A stretch of DNA of 64,000 nt, taken from Piromyces finnis finn. Lineage: Eukaryota > Fungi > Neocallimastigomycota. Shown here piece by piece: positions 13,401-26,264 of the stretch. The position numbers and the translations under genes are program-made. Position 1 is the first letter of the stretch, and every line of letters starts with the position of its first letter. The notes under the pieces were generated by a model. The model worked only from the letters and a program-made list of their open reading frames with translations, did no database searches and was not told where the DNA came from. The stretch is taken from the NCBI GenBank assembly GCA_002104945.1, contig MCFH01000042.1:419119-483118 (forward strand), given 5' to 3'.

Positions 13401-16400
13401 TTTTTTTTTTTTTTTTAATTAATAAATTTTATTTCAAAAAATTAATGAATAATAAAGGTTTTTGAAAAAAAAAAAAATAAATTACCTCAGGAAGATGTAA
13501 TCATATATTTCTAAAATCTTAATATGAAACATTAATTGTCTTTTATCCTAAAATAAAAAAAAATAAAAATATAAAAATAAAAAAATTTTAAGGTTTGATG
13601 ATTAATTATATATATTATATTTATATAACTTTGGAATATACCATTATATTTTTCAATGCTTTATAATCTTTATGTAATTTTTTTAATTTTTGAGAATTAT
13701 CATATAATCTCATTTCTTGTTCCTGAATTACAGCACAAACTTTTGAATGTTCACCCAAATTCTCTGCCAATATCATTTCTTCACAAATTCTGCATAGTAC
13801 GATATTAGTTTTAGGTTCGTTAATAGTATCGATAGATGAATTGACATTTTTTGATATTTCTTTTTCATTAGGAATATTAGAGGGAATAATTTTGTTTGAA
13901 ATTTTTTCATTATCATTATTATCGTTCTTTAATTCATTATCATTTAATTCCTTGTTATTTTGATTATTATTTTTATCATTAATTTGTTCATTCTCATTTA
14001 TTTCATTACTATCTTCACTTTCATCTACTTCATGATTAGTTGAAAAACATTTACTTAAAGGACTATTTTGTTCAGTACTATATGTTGAACTTTCTCTATG
14101 AGTTTTATTTACTGCTGTAACAATATTTGATTGCTTTGTGACTTCGTTTTGACTATTAAAACTAGAAATACTATTTGTTTTTATAGATCCATTTTCTTGA
14201 TCTATAATTTTACTAGTGTCTGTGTTACAAATAGTTGAACGAAAAGCGTTTTTCTTACTTATATTAACTAATTTATTAGAATCTGATCTACATCTTCTAT
14301 GCTTTAATTCAGTACTATCTACACTATCTACACTATTACTATCACTACTATCTATGGAAGAAATATTTTGAGAAGATGAAAATGGACTAAATGCTGATTT
14401 CAATGATTTTATTATTCCTAAAAATCTCTATTTTTTTTATTTTATTTAATAATATATTATATATAACAATTATGAATTTAATAATTATTATTAATATTAA
14501 AAAAAATTTTTCTCTACCTTATCCTTTTTATTATATACCGAATGACTTTTAATAATATTAATTTTTAATTATCATATATATATATGCATATGTATTAAAA
14601 ATATTAGTGTGTTATTTTTAATTTTAAAAAAACAATAAATTATAATCTATTAAAAATTAATAACTCGTTATATTACTTTGAAGCCGAATATTCTTCATTC
14701 ATTAATTGTTTTTCTGATTTAATATGATTTTTATTTTCTGTTTTTTTCTTTTCTTTCTTAATTTTAAATACCTTTGCTTTACTTGTTTTTTTGGATTTGT
14801 CATTTTCATGAGAGTGATCATTATTATCTTCATCATTTATACCATCAGGATCATTCAATAATTCTGAACAATTTTCTACTGAAGATTTATACTGACTTGT
14901 AAATTCTGCTTCCCCATCATCAATTAGATTAGTACTTTCTTCTTTCATATGATTAGGAATATATACTGCCTTTACTTCAATATTATTACAATCGTCATTT
15001 TTTAATTTATCATCTTCAATAGTATCTTTCACTGTATTTTCGTCTACATCTTTATTTATTTTTTCTTTTTCTCTGATATTGTTATCGCTTTTACTACTTA
15101 TTGTGTCATTTACATATGTATATATATTATTATTGGATTTTTCTTTTTCTTCTTCTAAATTATTTTCATTATTTAAGTTATTTATTTCATCTATTTCATT
15201 ATTTTCTTGGTATGAATGATCATTAAAATAATCATTATTTTTAATGTCACATACAACATTTTCTTTAATATGTTGTAATTTTATATCAAATGAAACGGAT
15301 GATTTTTTCTTTGGCATCACATAATCATCACTATTTTTTATGCTTTCAAGTAATGATTTTTTTCTATAATTTTCATCTTTCAGATATTTGTTACTTTTTA
15401 GATTCTCATCAAATACCAAAATTTCGTTGGAATCTCCAATTTGATCGATATTTACAGTGTTATTATTATTATTTTTATAATTTTCAAAATCTTTGTTTAT
15501 ATTACTCTTAGAATTATCAACGGAACTATTGATGTTGGATGAACTGTCACTATAATCATTGAAATTAAACCCACTGGATAGTTTACTGGTTCTTTTGTAT
15601 GAAATATTGGGTTTATTCATTTTAATTAATTCTAGTTCATCTGATTCCAATTTTTCAATACTACTAATATATTGATTATAAAATTCTGAAATTCTAACGA
15701 CTGGTGCATAAACATATAGCAATTTTGTAAGTATATCTTCTACTTCTGGATCTCCTACTACTAAAGATTTTTGTTCGTTAATTAAGTCATTTAATTCTTT
15801 CATAAAATTAATAGCAACTGATGTTCCAATGTACTTTTCTGCAGGTGTTTTTAAAATATCGGCAATTACTTGTTCAATTTTTATTAAAAGTTTGGTATGA
15901 CAAGATGTGAAAATGGATGGTGGCCAACTTTTTGAATAAACTTGATTTATTTTTGGTCGTAGATAAAATTCGAAATTCTCATTATTGTTAAAGTAATTAC
16001 TTTTATTATTTTCGTATGTATTATTTGTGGTACTGGTATTATTTATTTTTGGCAGGCATGAACTCCTTTTATTACTATGATCTTTTTTAATGTTATTATA
16101 AATGGAATAATCAAGATTTTGTAAAGAGTTATGATCACCTATGTTAGAAGAAAACATTTTATTTTTCATTGTACTATTAGAATATGCTAATACAAGACAA
16201 TCCATACTACTACTTAATACTTTTTTATTATCTGGATTTCCACTACTCTTTAATTTCTCAAAATATGAACCTTTATTATTTCTTTTAATTTTATCTTTAT
16301 AAATGTTTACATCTTTATTTCCAAATACTTTCCTCTGAGGTTCATTTAATTCTTGAATTCTTGTTGATAAACTACTTTTTGATTTATTTAATGTTTTACT

Positions 16401-19018
16401 TTCTTTTATATTATCATTAACATTATTTAAAGCATTTAATGAATATTCTGATTGTGTTGGAGTTTTTATAGAACTACTTTCATTATCTAATATTATAATT
16501 GGACATAATATTATTTTTGAATAAAAAAATTATATAATAAATAATACAATAATACATTTTTTATTATAAATAATTAATAAAATGTTTTTTTTTTTTTTGG
16601 AAAATACCAAATAATAAAAAAATATAGATAGATAAATAAAATATATATTACCATTATCATTACCGTTAATTGAGGTTAATGACTGATTAATATTATTAAT
16701 TGAGCCAATATTATTAAATAAACTATAATTACTCTCATTAAAATTGATATTACGATCAATATTAATAGATCCATTTGAATAATTAATAGATAATAATGAT
16801 GATAAAGACGAAGAATGATTATTACAGTCATATTCTAATTTGTTGCCATTAAAGATGTCATTATCCATATTTCTTAATTCCTCATTATCAAAATTACTAT
16901 CTTTATCCTCTAGCCAAACTGTATAAATTTCATATATTTCGGCATCAGCCTTTTCTTTTGTTTCAATAAATTCCTTTATTGAATTATTTTTTATATTTAT
17001 TATATAGGAATATAGATCATTTCCATAATTATTCCTACTACTTTGATTAAAATCAGATGGATCACTATAAAGAATCGGATAAATTTGTTGACCATTAATT
17101 GTTGATATTCTATTTTCATTGAAATTTGAAATATTTGAAATACTTGTATCAGCATATTTTTCACTATAACTACTTCCATTACTATTTTCAATATAATCAA
17201 TATTACTATTTCGCTTACTAGCTATTGGAATATTTTTACTTTTAGGTATTTTTAAGTTATCATAAAAATTGCTTAATGAATTATCTATCAAAAAAAAAAT
17301 AACAATATATTAATTTATTATTATTAAATATTGTAAATTTCCATTTATACATATATCATTAGAAGGTAATAAAGAAAAAATAATATGCGTGTATATGATG
17401 AAATAAGAAAAAAATATAATAAAAATATTACCACTATAATATTCACTATCATCATTATCTTTTCCATAATCACTTAATGTTATCATACATTGATTATCTG
17501 ATGATTCATCCTGTATAGAATTTTTCAATTTTGATGCTTTACTTGTATAAGAAGGAGCTTCAAGTATTTTGTTTATTTGTTTGTTTTTAGTTTTTTATTA
17601 AAATATATATATATATATATATATTTATTGAAAAATAATACATAAGTTAATATGTTGATTCCAAATACTTAATATAGAATTATTCTCTTTCTTTTTTTAA
17701 AAAAAAATACTAATAAAAATTGCCCTATTTATATAAAAAATATATATATATTATTTTTACTTATTGAATTGGTAGATGATGTTTTCACATTATTTCCTGA
17801 AATACATAGATTTATTAAAAGACTACTATTTTCATTAATACAATCTACACTATTTTTATTCATATAATCCATACTACTTTTATTCGTAGAATCCATATTA
17901 TTTTTATTCATATATTCCATGCTATTTTTATTACTTAGATAATCATTACTATTTCTATCATCAATAGGATTAGATTTAAACATTTTACTTTGATTAGTAA
18001 TGTTCATGATTGTGGATTCGGATTGAACAAATTTATTGCATTCTGGATTGACTAAGGATCGATCACTTCCATCGTATAAACTATAATAATTTACATTAGA
18101 TATACTTTTAGTATGAAAATGATTAGTATTCCTCCTAAGTTTAGTAACTGGCGATGCCGGAAGAGATGAACAATCGTCATTACTATTATTTGAATTATTA
18201 TAATTAATAGGTATACCATCCAAAAAGTTTTTTTTATTATTTGGATTATTAAAATTTTGAATGGATTGTTTAAATATTTTAAAATTTGTTGAAGAATTTA
18301 CTACTGAATTTGTCGATAGTGTACTTAAACGATTACTAAGATTAGAATTTCGACTATGATTATCTTGTACTTGAGGTTGAATTTTTGGTTGAATTAAACT
18401 TAATCTTGGTGATTTTGACATTTTTTTCAATTGTTGAGAATAGGATCTTCGTAATTTCGGAGCAAATGAAGGCATAATGGAAGAAGTTGATGAATATATG
18501 TATTCAGGTTGTGATGGTTGTGGTGTAGATGATAATTCTTCCTCTGCCATTTCTTTAATCTTTCTCTCTTCTTCTAACTTTTCTAATATTGGAAATGAGT
18601 TAAATCATAAAAAAAAAAAAAAAGATTATGAAAATAATATTATTATATTAAAATAAATCGATAAACTTTTTTTATTTATTAAATCATTACTTAATGAATT
18701 ATCTGTTTGTAATAATGACCGATATGCTGATTTTTCAAATGTTTGATACTATAAAAAATAATTAATTTTTTTTTTTTTGTATATATAATGGGTATTTGTT
18801 AATTATCTATTCATTGACTTTACTTGTCTTCTATTTTTAATTAAAAAAAAAACTATGTTTTTAAAAATATTTTTTATAATTACATTTATATTTTCTTTTA
18901 GCGGCGTGGAAGGAACAGATTGAGATGAATAATTACTACTTTGAGAATCATTTGAATCATTATCTTGTTTCAATGCAACTTTTAATGTTGGTTTATTTAA
19001 ACAGTATAATTTACTCAT
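10466..19018 (-). CDS. Very large Rim15/IRE/Greatwall-type AGC Ser/Thr kinase with long Asn/Ser-rich N-terminal regions
   Basis: Kinase exons: [50 protein letters not shown] plus insert, [30 protein letters not shown]|WD-region AGC tail, ending ...[21 protein letters not shown] zinc finger near 13735-13800. Start at 19018 and several N-terminal exon joins are inferred. Confidence 0.88.
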
Positions 19019-21321
19019 TCTTATATTGTGTTTATTGAAATATATATATATATATATAAAAAAATATTTTATTCTAATAAAATGTTAAGATATGAATATA
19101 AAAAAAAAAAAAAAAAAGAAATTATAATAGTTCAAACAGAATAAAACTATGATTTTATTTTATTATATATTATATATATTATATATTATTGTTGTTGTTG
19201 TTGTTGTTGTTTCTATGTATATATAATGACAGTTTTATTTTTTTACTTTTTATTTTAAATTATTCTTTATATTTATATATTAGTTTTTCTATAATAATCG
19301 GTTATTTTCTTTTTTTTTAAAAAAAAAATAATTTTATAATATGGTATTATATAACCAATTATTACATTGTCGATAGATTAATAAATAACTGTGTCTTTTA
19401 ATATATATCATAACACACTTTTTTTTTTTTTTATTTTTATAAATATTAATAAATCGTTTATAAAATAATAAAACTATATATAATAATGAAAAGATATATA
19501 TATAATTATATATATATATATTTTTTAATTATACATAACTTTTTTTAATATACATATACAAATATATATATACTTATTAATGACATTTTTTGATTTAAAA
19601 AAAAAAAAAAAAAAAAAAATCCAATGTTCTTATTTAGAAAACTTTTTTTAATATTAAATATAAACTAATTTATATTAAAATGAACAAAATGGCTCATTGA
19701 AAAAATAAAAAAATAAAAAAAAAAAAAAAAACTTTAAAAGAAATGAATATATAAGATTATAAAATTTAAAATGATAAATAAAAATATAATTTATAATTCA
19801 ATAGAATCTCAGTTTATAATTCTATTCACTATTTTTTTTTATTTTATTTTTAAATCCATTTATCATAAATTTATAACATCATTCTTTTCTTTTTTAAAAA
19901 AAATGTTTTGATGAGTAAAAGCATAGATTTAGAATGTATATTTCATTGATCTTTAGCATTCGGATTAGAAAAAAAAAAGAAAAAAAAATAGAATCACAAT
20001 TATTAATTGTTTAAAATATTGTTACTATATATTTTTTTTTATCTTTTTCAATTATTTATTAAAATAATTATAAATAAAAATTAAGTTTAATCACTTTTTT
20101 TTTTTCTAAAAGTATTATTATGCTTTTAAGTTTAGAATTTTAATATTTAATCAGTTTCCAATTAATTAGATAGAAAATAATTATAAATCGTTTTAAAAGA
20201 ATAAAATATAGGATATATATATTTTATTATGGACAACAAAATTTTTTTTCCAACCTTAAACTGTATATTTTTTTTTTTAATCTTATGCTATGCTATATAT
20301 ATATGTTGTTAGAGACAATCTACCTCTAAATAGAAAATATTTCAATGAAGGAATAGTTGGAATGTATAAAAAAAAAAAGTAATGATAACAAAAGATAAAG
20401 AATTTAATTCTCTCTTTTAATTACTAACCTTTATTAAATTATATAAAAAAAAAGTTTTGAAAGTATATATTTATATTGCAATTCTAGGTATAAAAAACTT
20501 TTAACATTTATAAATCTAATAAAGAAAGCATTTAATCCAATCAATCCAATTTAAAATAATGCAAACTCTAATCTACAGATTTAAATAAACATTATTATTA
20601 ATTTTATAATTTATGCGATCAAGTAACTTAACTTTAAAAAGATTAAACATATTTATAGGAATTTTTAACTGAATATATTATAATTAATTGTACCATATTT
20701 CTATAGCATCATAGTAAATTTAATAAACGAAAATTGACTACATAATAAATTAATAGGTGAACATTATTAAAATGTATATATTCTATAAAATATGCATACG
20801 CTATATACTCTGCGTCTTAATTTATAATAAAAGAATAAATTTTTTCTAGAAACTTTTGAAATATAACTAAAACAATCATTTTTCTATGTACTGCCAATTA
20901 ATACAATAATTTTTTTTTTTAAAATTCTATCAAAAACATAATTTTAAAACAAAAAGTTAAAAAAAAAATAGTTTTTTTTATATGTATTAAGCATTCAAAT
21001 ATACCTATTCATATCTCTAATTTCTATTATGTCAATAAAATACTGGAATTTAGCCAAAGTAATAATAATGCCATCAATTTTTTATAGATGAAAAAAGAAA
21101 AAACTTTACTTTTATTATTGTTAATTTATAAAATCATTCTCAAGATTTACAATTAAAAGTATGAAGTATATAAGAAAATCCAATTTTAATAAACTCTATT
21201 TTAATGATGAATTTCATTTATATTCTTTTTATTGAATCTTTTATTGAATCCTTAAATCTTGATATAATCATATATTTTCTTTATTTTTATTCTTTTTTTT
21301 TTTTTTTTCATAGTATCATCA

Positions 21322-21612
21322 CTAAAAAATATTCTTATTAAATTTAAACACTCGGTTCTCATGATCAAATTTTCCATAAGATAAATCATTTTTTAGTGTT
21401 TTGTTATGACTATGGCTTTTTTTATTTCTTTTAACTATTTCATGTTTTTGACAAAAATTGATATTTTCTTTTGTTTCTTCTTTTTTAATATTAAAAGTGA
21501 TCAACGTCTTTTGATTATTTCCTTCATTTTTTTGAGAAATAAAAGGATAAGAAAACCCAGTCGAGATTAAAAATAATGCTACAAATAATACTATAATATT
21601 TATATATTTCAT
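21322..21612 (-). CDS. Small putative secreted protein (96 aa), unknown family; possibly a gene fragment
   Basis: MK + hydrophobic signal peptide (IIVLFVALFLISTGFS), then a hydrophilic region with a KR dibasic site. Less homopolymeric than the flanking DNA. Confidence 0.5.
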   Translation of the reverse strand: MKYINIIVLFVALFLISTGFSYPFISQKNEGNNQKTLITFNIKKEETKENINFCQKHEIVKRNKKSHSHNKTLKNDLSYGKFDHENRVFKFNKNIF

Positions 21613-22040
21613 TTAGAAGTGATAATAAATTAAGAAATTGTTTCTTTTTTTTTTTTTTAATTTTAATTTTATTATTTTTTAACTATAAAAATTTTTTTCT
21701 ATTTCATTTTAGTTCACTTTTTAAAAAGTTAAAAAAAGAAACTTTTTTGATTTGTTCAATTTAAAGTATAAAAATAAGGTATTCATTAAATAATAAATAT
21801 AAATCCTTTTTTGAATATATTTTAACTTTTTTTTTCCCCTTTTAAATGATAAATGATGTTTTAACATTTAAACCGAATAATTTAAAATATAAAGTTAATT
21901 ATAAATTCATGGGTAAAGCTTTACATTAAAAAGTTTTTCTTTCCTATATTGATAAAAAAAGAAATAATTAAAATGATTAAAAAAAAAAAAAGAAATTATA
22001 ACCATATAAACTCGATTTTTTTTTTTTTTTTTAAATTCAT

Positions 22041-22260
22041 AAAATAAAATAAAATAAAATAAAATAAAATAAAATAAAATAAAATAAAATAAAATAAAAT
22101 AAAATAAAATAAAATAAAATAAAATAAAATAAAATAAAATAAAATAAAATAAAATAAAATAAAATAAAATAAAATAAAATAAAATAAAATAAAATAAAAT
22201 AAAATAAAATAAAATAAAATAAAATAAAATAAAATAAAATAAAATAAAATAAAATAAAAT
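22041..22260. repeat. Perfect (AAAAT)44 pentanucleotide microsatellite
   Basis: 220 nt of uninterrupted aaaat. It generates the spurious FILFY ORFs. Confidence 0.98.
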
Positions 22261-22570
22261 AACCCACAAGCATATTGACACATTTCCTTTATTATAATAA
22301 TTATAATATTCTTTTTTTTTTTTTTAATTTTTTTTTCTTTATTATTATTATATATGCAATGTTAAAAATACACTTCTATTTCTATTATTTTTATTATTTT
22401 TTTTTAAAATAAAAAATAAATAATTGATTTTTGATAAATATAAGAACAATAAATAAAAAGATATAAAAAACTTTTTTTTTTTCAATTTCCATATTATAAT
22501 TGATATTTAATTATTTTTATGTTTGTATAACATTAATAAACTATTGGTAAAAATGATAGTTTTAATCCGT

Positions 22571-24931
22571 TTATTGTTCCATTTCTCCTAAAGCTTGTAG
22601 TGAAGAAGCCTTTATAGTGCGAATGCTCTGAAATTCATTAAATATAATTAAAAAAATAAAATTTTGATTAATAACACATATGAAAAATTTAAAATAAATA
22701 AATACGTATAGGCTTAATTATTCCTTGTTATATTAATATAATTAAATATATAAAATAATTACTTGTTGTAAGTATGGACTTAATTCTGGATCATTTCTTA
22801 TACTGTATTCTGAGTGAACATATGGAAGTGGTGGTAAATTAGTCATTCTTAATGGACCAGTTGGAGCTAATAAAATTAAGGACTTAAAGTGGGCAATGTA
22901 TTGATCTATAAATTATTTTATAGTTTATTAATGATTCGAAATTCGATCATTATTTTTTTTATACTATATATATAATAATTTAATATTATTTTGCTTACTT
23001 GGTTGTTCGAAAACAACTGGATAACCTAAAAGTAATTCATGATTGACACATTCAGTAATACCTAATCTACCACGTTTATCTTCTAAAGCACTATAATATG
23101 TAATTTTTTTATTCATAATTTGAATGTTTTATTTATTTTTTGTGAAAAAAAAAAATAATTGAAATTATTCATTAGTATAATTTTATTTTAAAAAAAAAAG
23201 TATTTAAATCAACAACATGTTATGTATCATTTTATTATAAATCAATTAATAAGAAAATAGATATTATTGTTTACCTTAAAGAGAATGGGAAGACACCAAA
23301 TCTTCTAGTAATTTCATTAAAAACGTTACGAGAAGCCTTTAATTTTAAGTTATAAGTCTTATTAACGTTACGTTGATATATGGTTGGCTTTGGTTCATTT
23401 TCACGAACTTTACCGTCACCAGTAGACATTAAAATATTGATAGAATAAACATCGTTATGACGGAATTCAAAATCATCATTTTCATTTGGTATAACAGAGT
23501 TTGGAATAATATGTTCTTGATCTTGAATGTATCTACGAACTAATGGAGAACAAGTATTTTCAACTGGACGACAATCAAAAATTTTTGCAACACGGTTAAT
23601 AGCTTTAGTAACATCAGAAGCCTTATTTCCTGGTTTAATTAAACGATGAGCAATTTCAAGAGCAACATAGGCAGCACAAATAACATCAGCAACACGACCT
23701 ATTAATAATGAATAATTCAAATTATTTAATTTATGAAAAGGAAATTAATTAATATTGATAAATGATTTGTTATTGGACTAATTTTATCTACATATATTAA
23801 CATTATATAAAATAATTTTTACCAATAATAGCCTTTTCTGGAGATGGGTTTAAAATAGTAGTGTGGGCAACTGAAGCCATATAACCATCAATGTGAACAC
23901 CTAATTCAACCTATATTATAAATATTACATAAAAATAATATATTTTTTTATATTAATAAAAACTCTTTACTTTAAAAAATATAAACCAAACGAAAAAAAT
24001 GTATTATTAATACCTTAACAATATCACCAGTTTGAAGAGTGTATGGATCTTCTGGTAATGGAGAGTAATTTTGAGAGCAATTACTAAAATTGTTTTTAAA
24101 AAATTTTTTTCATTAGTATTTACAAAACGCCTCTTTTTTTTTTGTACTATATACAAAATAGTATAAACTTTTTTTAAAAAAAAAATTAAATATTTACTTT
24201 AAATTAATACAGGTTGGGAAAGCAATACCCTTTTCGATATTAGATTTTTTAAAGAATTTGTTACACTATAATAATACATAACAAAAGTGAATGTTAATTA
24301 TATTTTACTTTATATATATTAAATATATTTTATTATTAAATCCTATTATGTTACTAACATATTCAACAATAAGATTATCACTGTAAGCACAAATTTCAGC
24401 AATGACAGCATCTGGCTTTAAAGCAGCAACAACTTGTTTTAAAACTTCATTGGCAATGTCTTTTTTTTATTATTATTATTATTATTATTTTGAATAGAAT
24501 ATTATAAAGATTTTAATTAATAAAATTAGTTGCTTGAAATTATTTATTTTTAAAAAAAATTTTAATTTATTTTTTCTTTGTGCTTATAAAATTAGTATAT
24601 ATATATATATTTTTTTTTTTTTTTGAATTTCATTAAATGTTCATCTGAATAAAAGGAATGTGATTATTTTTTTTATTCTAATTAATTAAATATATATTTT
24701 TTATAATTTCGGATTTTTGATTTTATATTTCCCATCTATATTTTTGATATATATTTCTTATTTCACTCAATCTATACACATTTCTATTATTTTAAAAATT
24801 ATTTAATGAATTCGTTATTGAAAATTACCAGATGCAATTTTGTATTTATTTAAAATGTTACTATCATGTAAATTGTTATCAGCATTTAATTTTGCTTGAT
24901 GTTCTTCAAAAGTAGTCATAGTATAATCCAT
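22571..24931 (-). CDS. Ebp1/PA2G4-Arx1 family M24-fold ribosome-associated protein
   Basis: Spliced: ILNKYKIASDIANEVLKQ, KGIAFPTCI, GDIVK|IELGVHIDGYMASVAHT, ADVICAAYVALE, YNLKLKASR..F.EI.RRFGVFPFSLR, LGITECVNHELL, FKSLILLAPTGPLRMT, ending GEMEQ*. Confidence 0.9.
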
Positions 24932-25146
24932 TATGATTTATTTTTATTTAATATATATTCAAAATAAATAGAGGAATAAAAAAAGGAAAGATTATAAATA
25001 TTGATAAAATTTAAAAAAAGTTTAAAATAAAAAAAGATAGTTTTTATTATTCTTTTTTTCTTGAAAAAAAAAAAAAAAATATTTTTAATAATTAAAAAAA
25101 ATTTAAAAAAAAAAAAAAAAGATCAATTCTTAATGGTTTCTTAAAA

Positions 25147-25158
25147 ATGATTGGTTAA
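25147..25158 (-). promoter_or_regulatory. CCAAT-box-like 12-mer TTAACCAATCAT in the Ebp1/Arx1-WDR55 divergent promoter
   Basis: ATGATTGGTTAA on the + strand; identical 12-mer at 32297-32308. Confidence 0.45.
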
Positions 25159-25252
25159 TAATCAATTATTAACTTTTTTTAAAAAAAAAAAAAATTTTTT
25201 TATTTTATTAATAATTTTTAAAATTTTAAAAATTAGACAAATTTTAAAATTC

Positions 25253-25527
25253 ATGGTAAAATTTTATTTTTATATTTTTGAATTATTATAAAATAATAAA
25301 AATTAAGGTAGAGCTACACGACCCCCACTATCACTCCACCACTCCCCATCACGATACCAACCACCAACTTTTTTTTAAACCATTATTTAAATGTTAATGA
25401 AATTATAGAGAAGGCATTTATAAAATAAAATGAATATAAATACTAAAAAAAAAAAAAAAAAAAAAAAAATGAATAACAAGGATAATATTTAAAAAATTCT
25501 CAATTTTTTCTATTCATAATAAACTTG

Positions 25528-25565
<38 letters not shown>

Positions 25566-26227
25566 ACATTTATATATTATATACCTTATAAAAATAAACC
25601 TTTATAAAAATTTAAAAAATAACAATAATAATAAAATAATAATGATAATAATATATACAAAAATGTTAATAATACACTTATATTTACAATAATATAAAAA
25701 GGACGGAAATCCACCAAAGAAGCTTACTTTTAATAGTCAAGTTTTTGACCTTGCATTTCATCCAAAAAATGAAATTGTAGCTGCAGGTTTACTTACCGGT
25801 GAAGTCTTTTGGTATATATATTATAAATATTTTGAATTTATTTATTTTTTATTTTAAAAAAAAAAATAAAAAAATAAAAAAAAAATAGACATTAAATTAT
25901 TAAATATGAATACACCAATAGCTACAAATACTCTGTAGAAAAGGAAAATGAATTAAAGTATCAATTATCTGAGCATAAAAAGTCATGTCGTTCAATTGAA
26001 TTCAGTCTCGATGGAAACAGTAATTATCAAAAGCTATTATTAAAAAAAATTTTTTTTTTTAAAAAAAATTGAATTTTTATAATAGTAACAATTCCTTTTA
26101 TTATTTAGAGTTATACACTGCTTCATTAGATCAATCTATTATTGAATATGATGCCAATACCGGGAAAAAAATATATTTAAATTCTGAAGCGCACGAGTAT
26201 GTTATCGACAATTATTTTTAATGAAAA

Positions 26228-26264
<37 letters not shown>

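Noticed and set aside
21907-22283. Three (FILFY)n ORFs
   Set aside because: They are translations of the (AAAAT)44 microsatellite, not genes.
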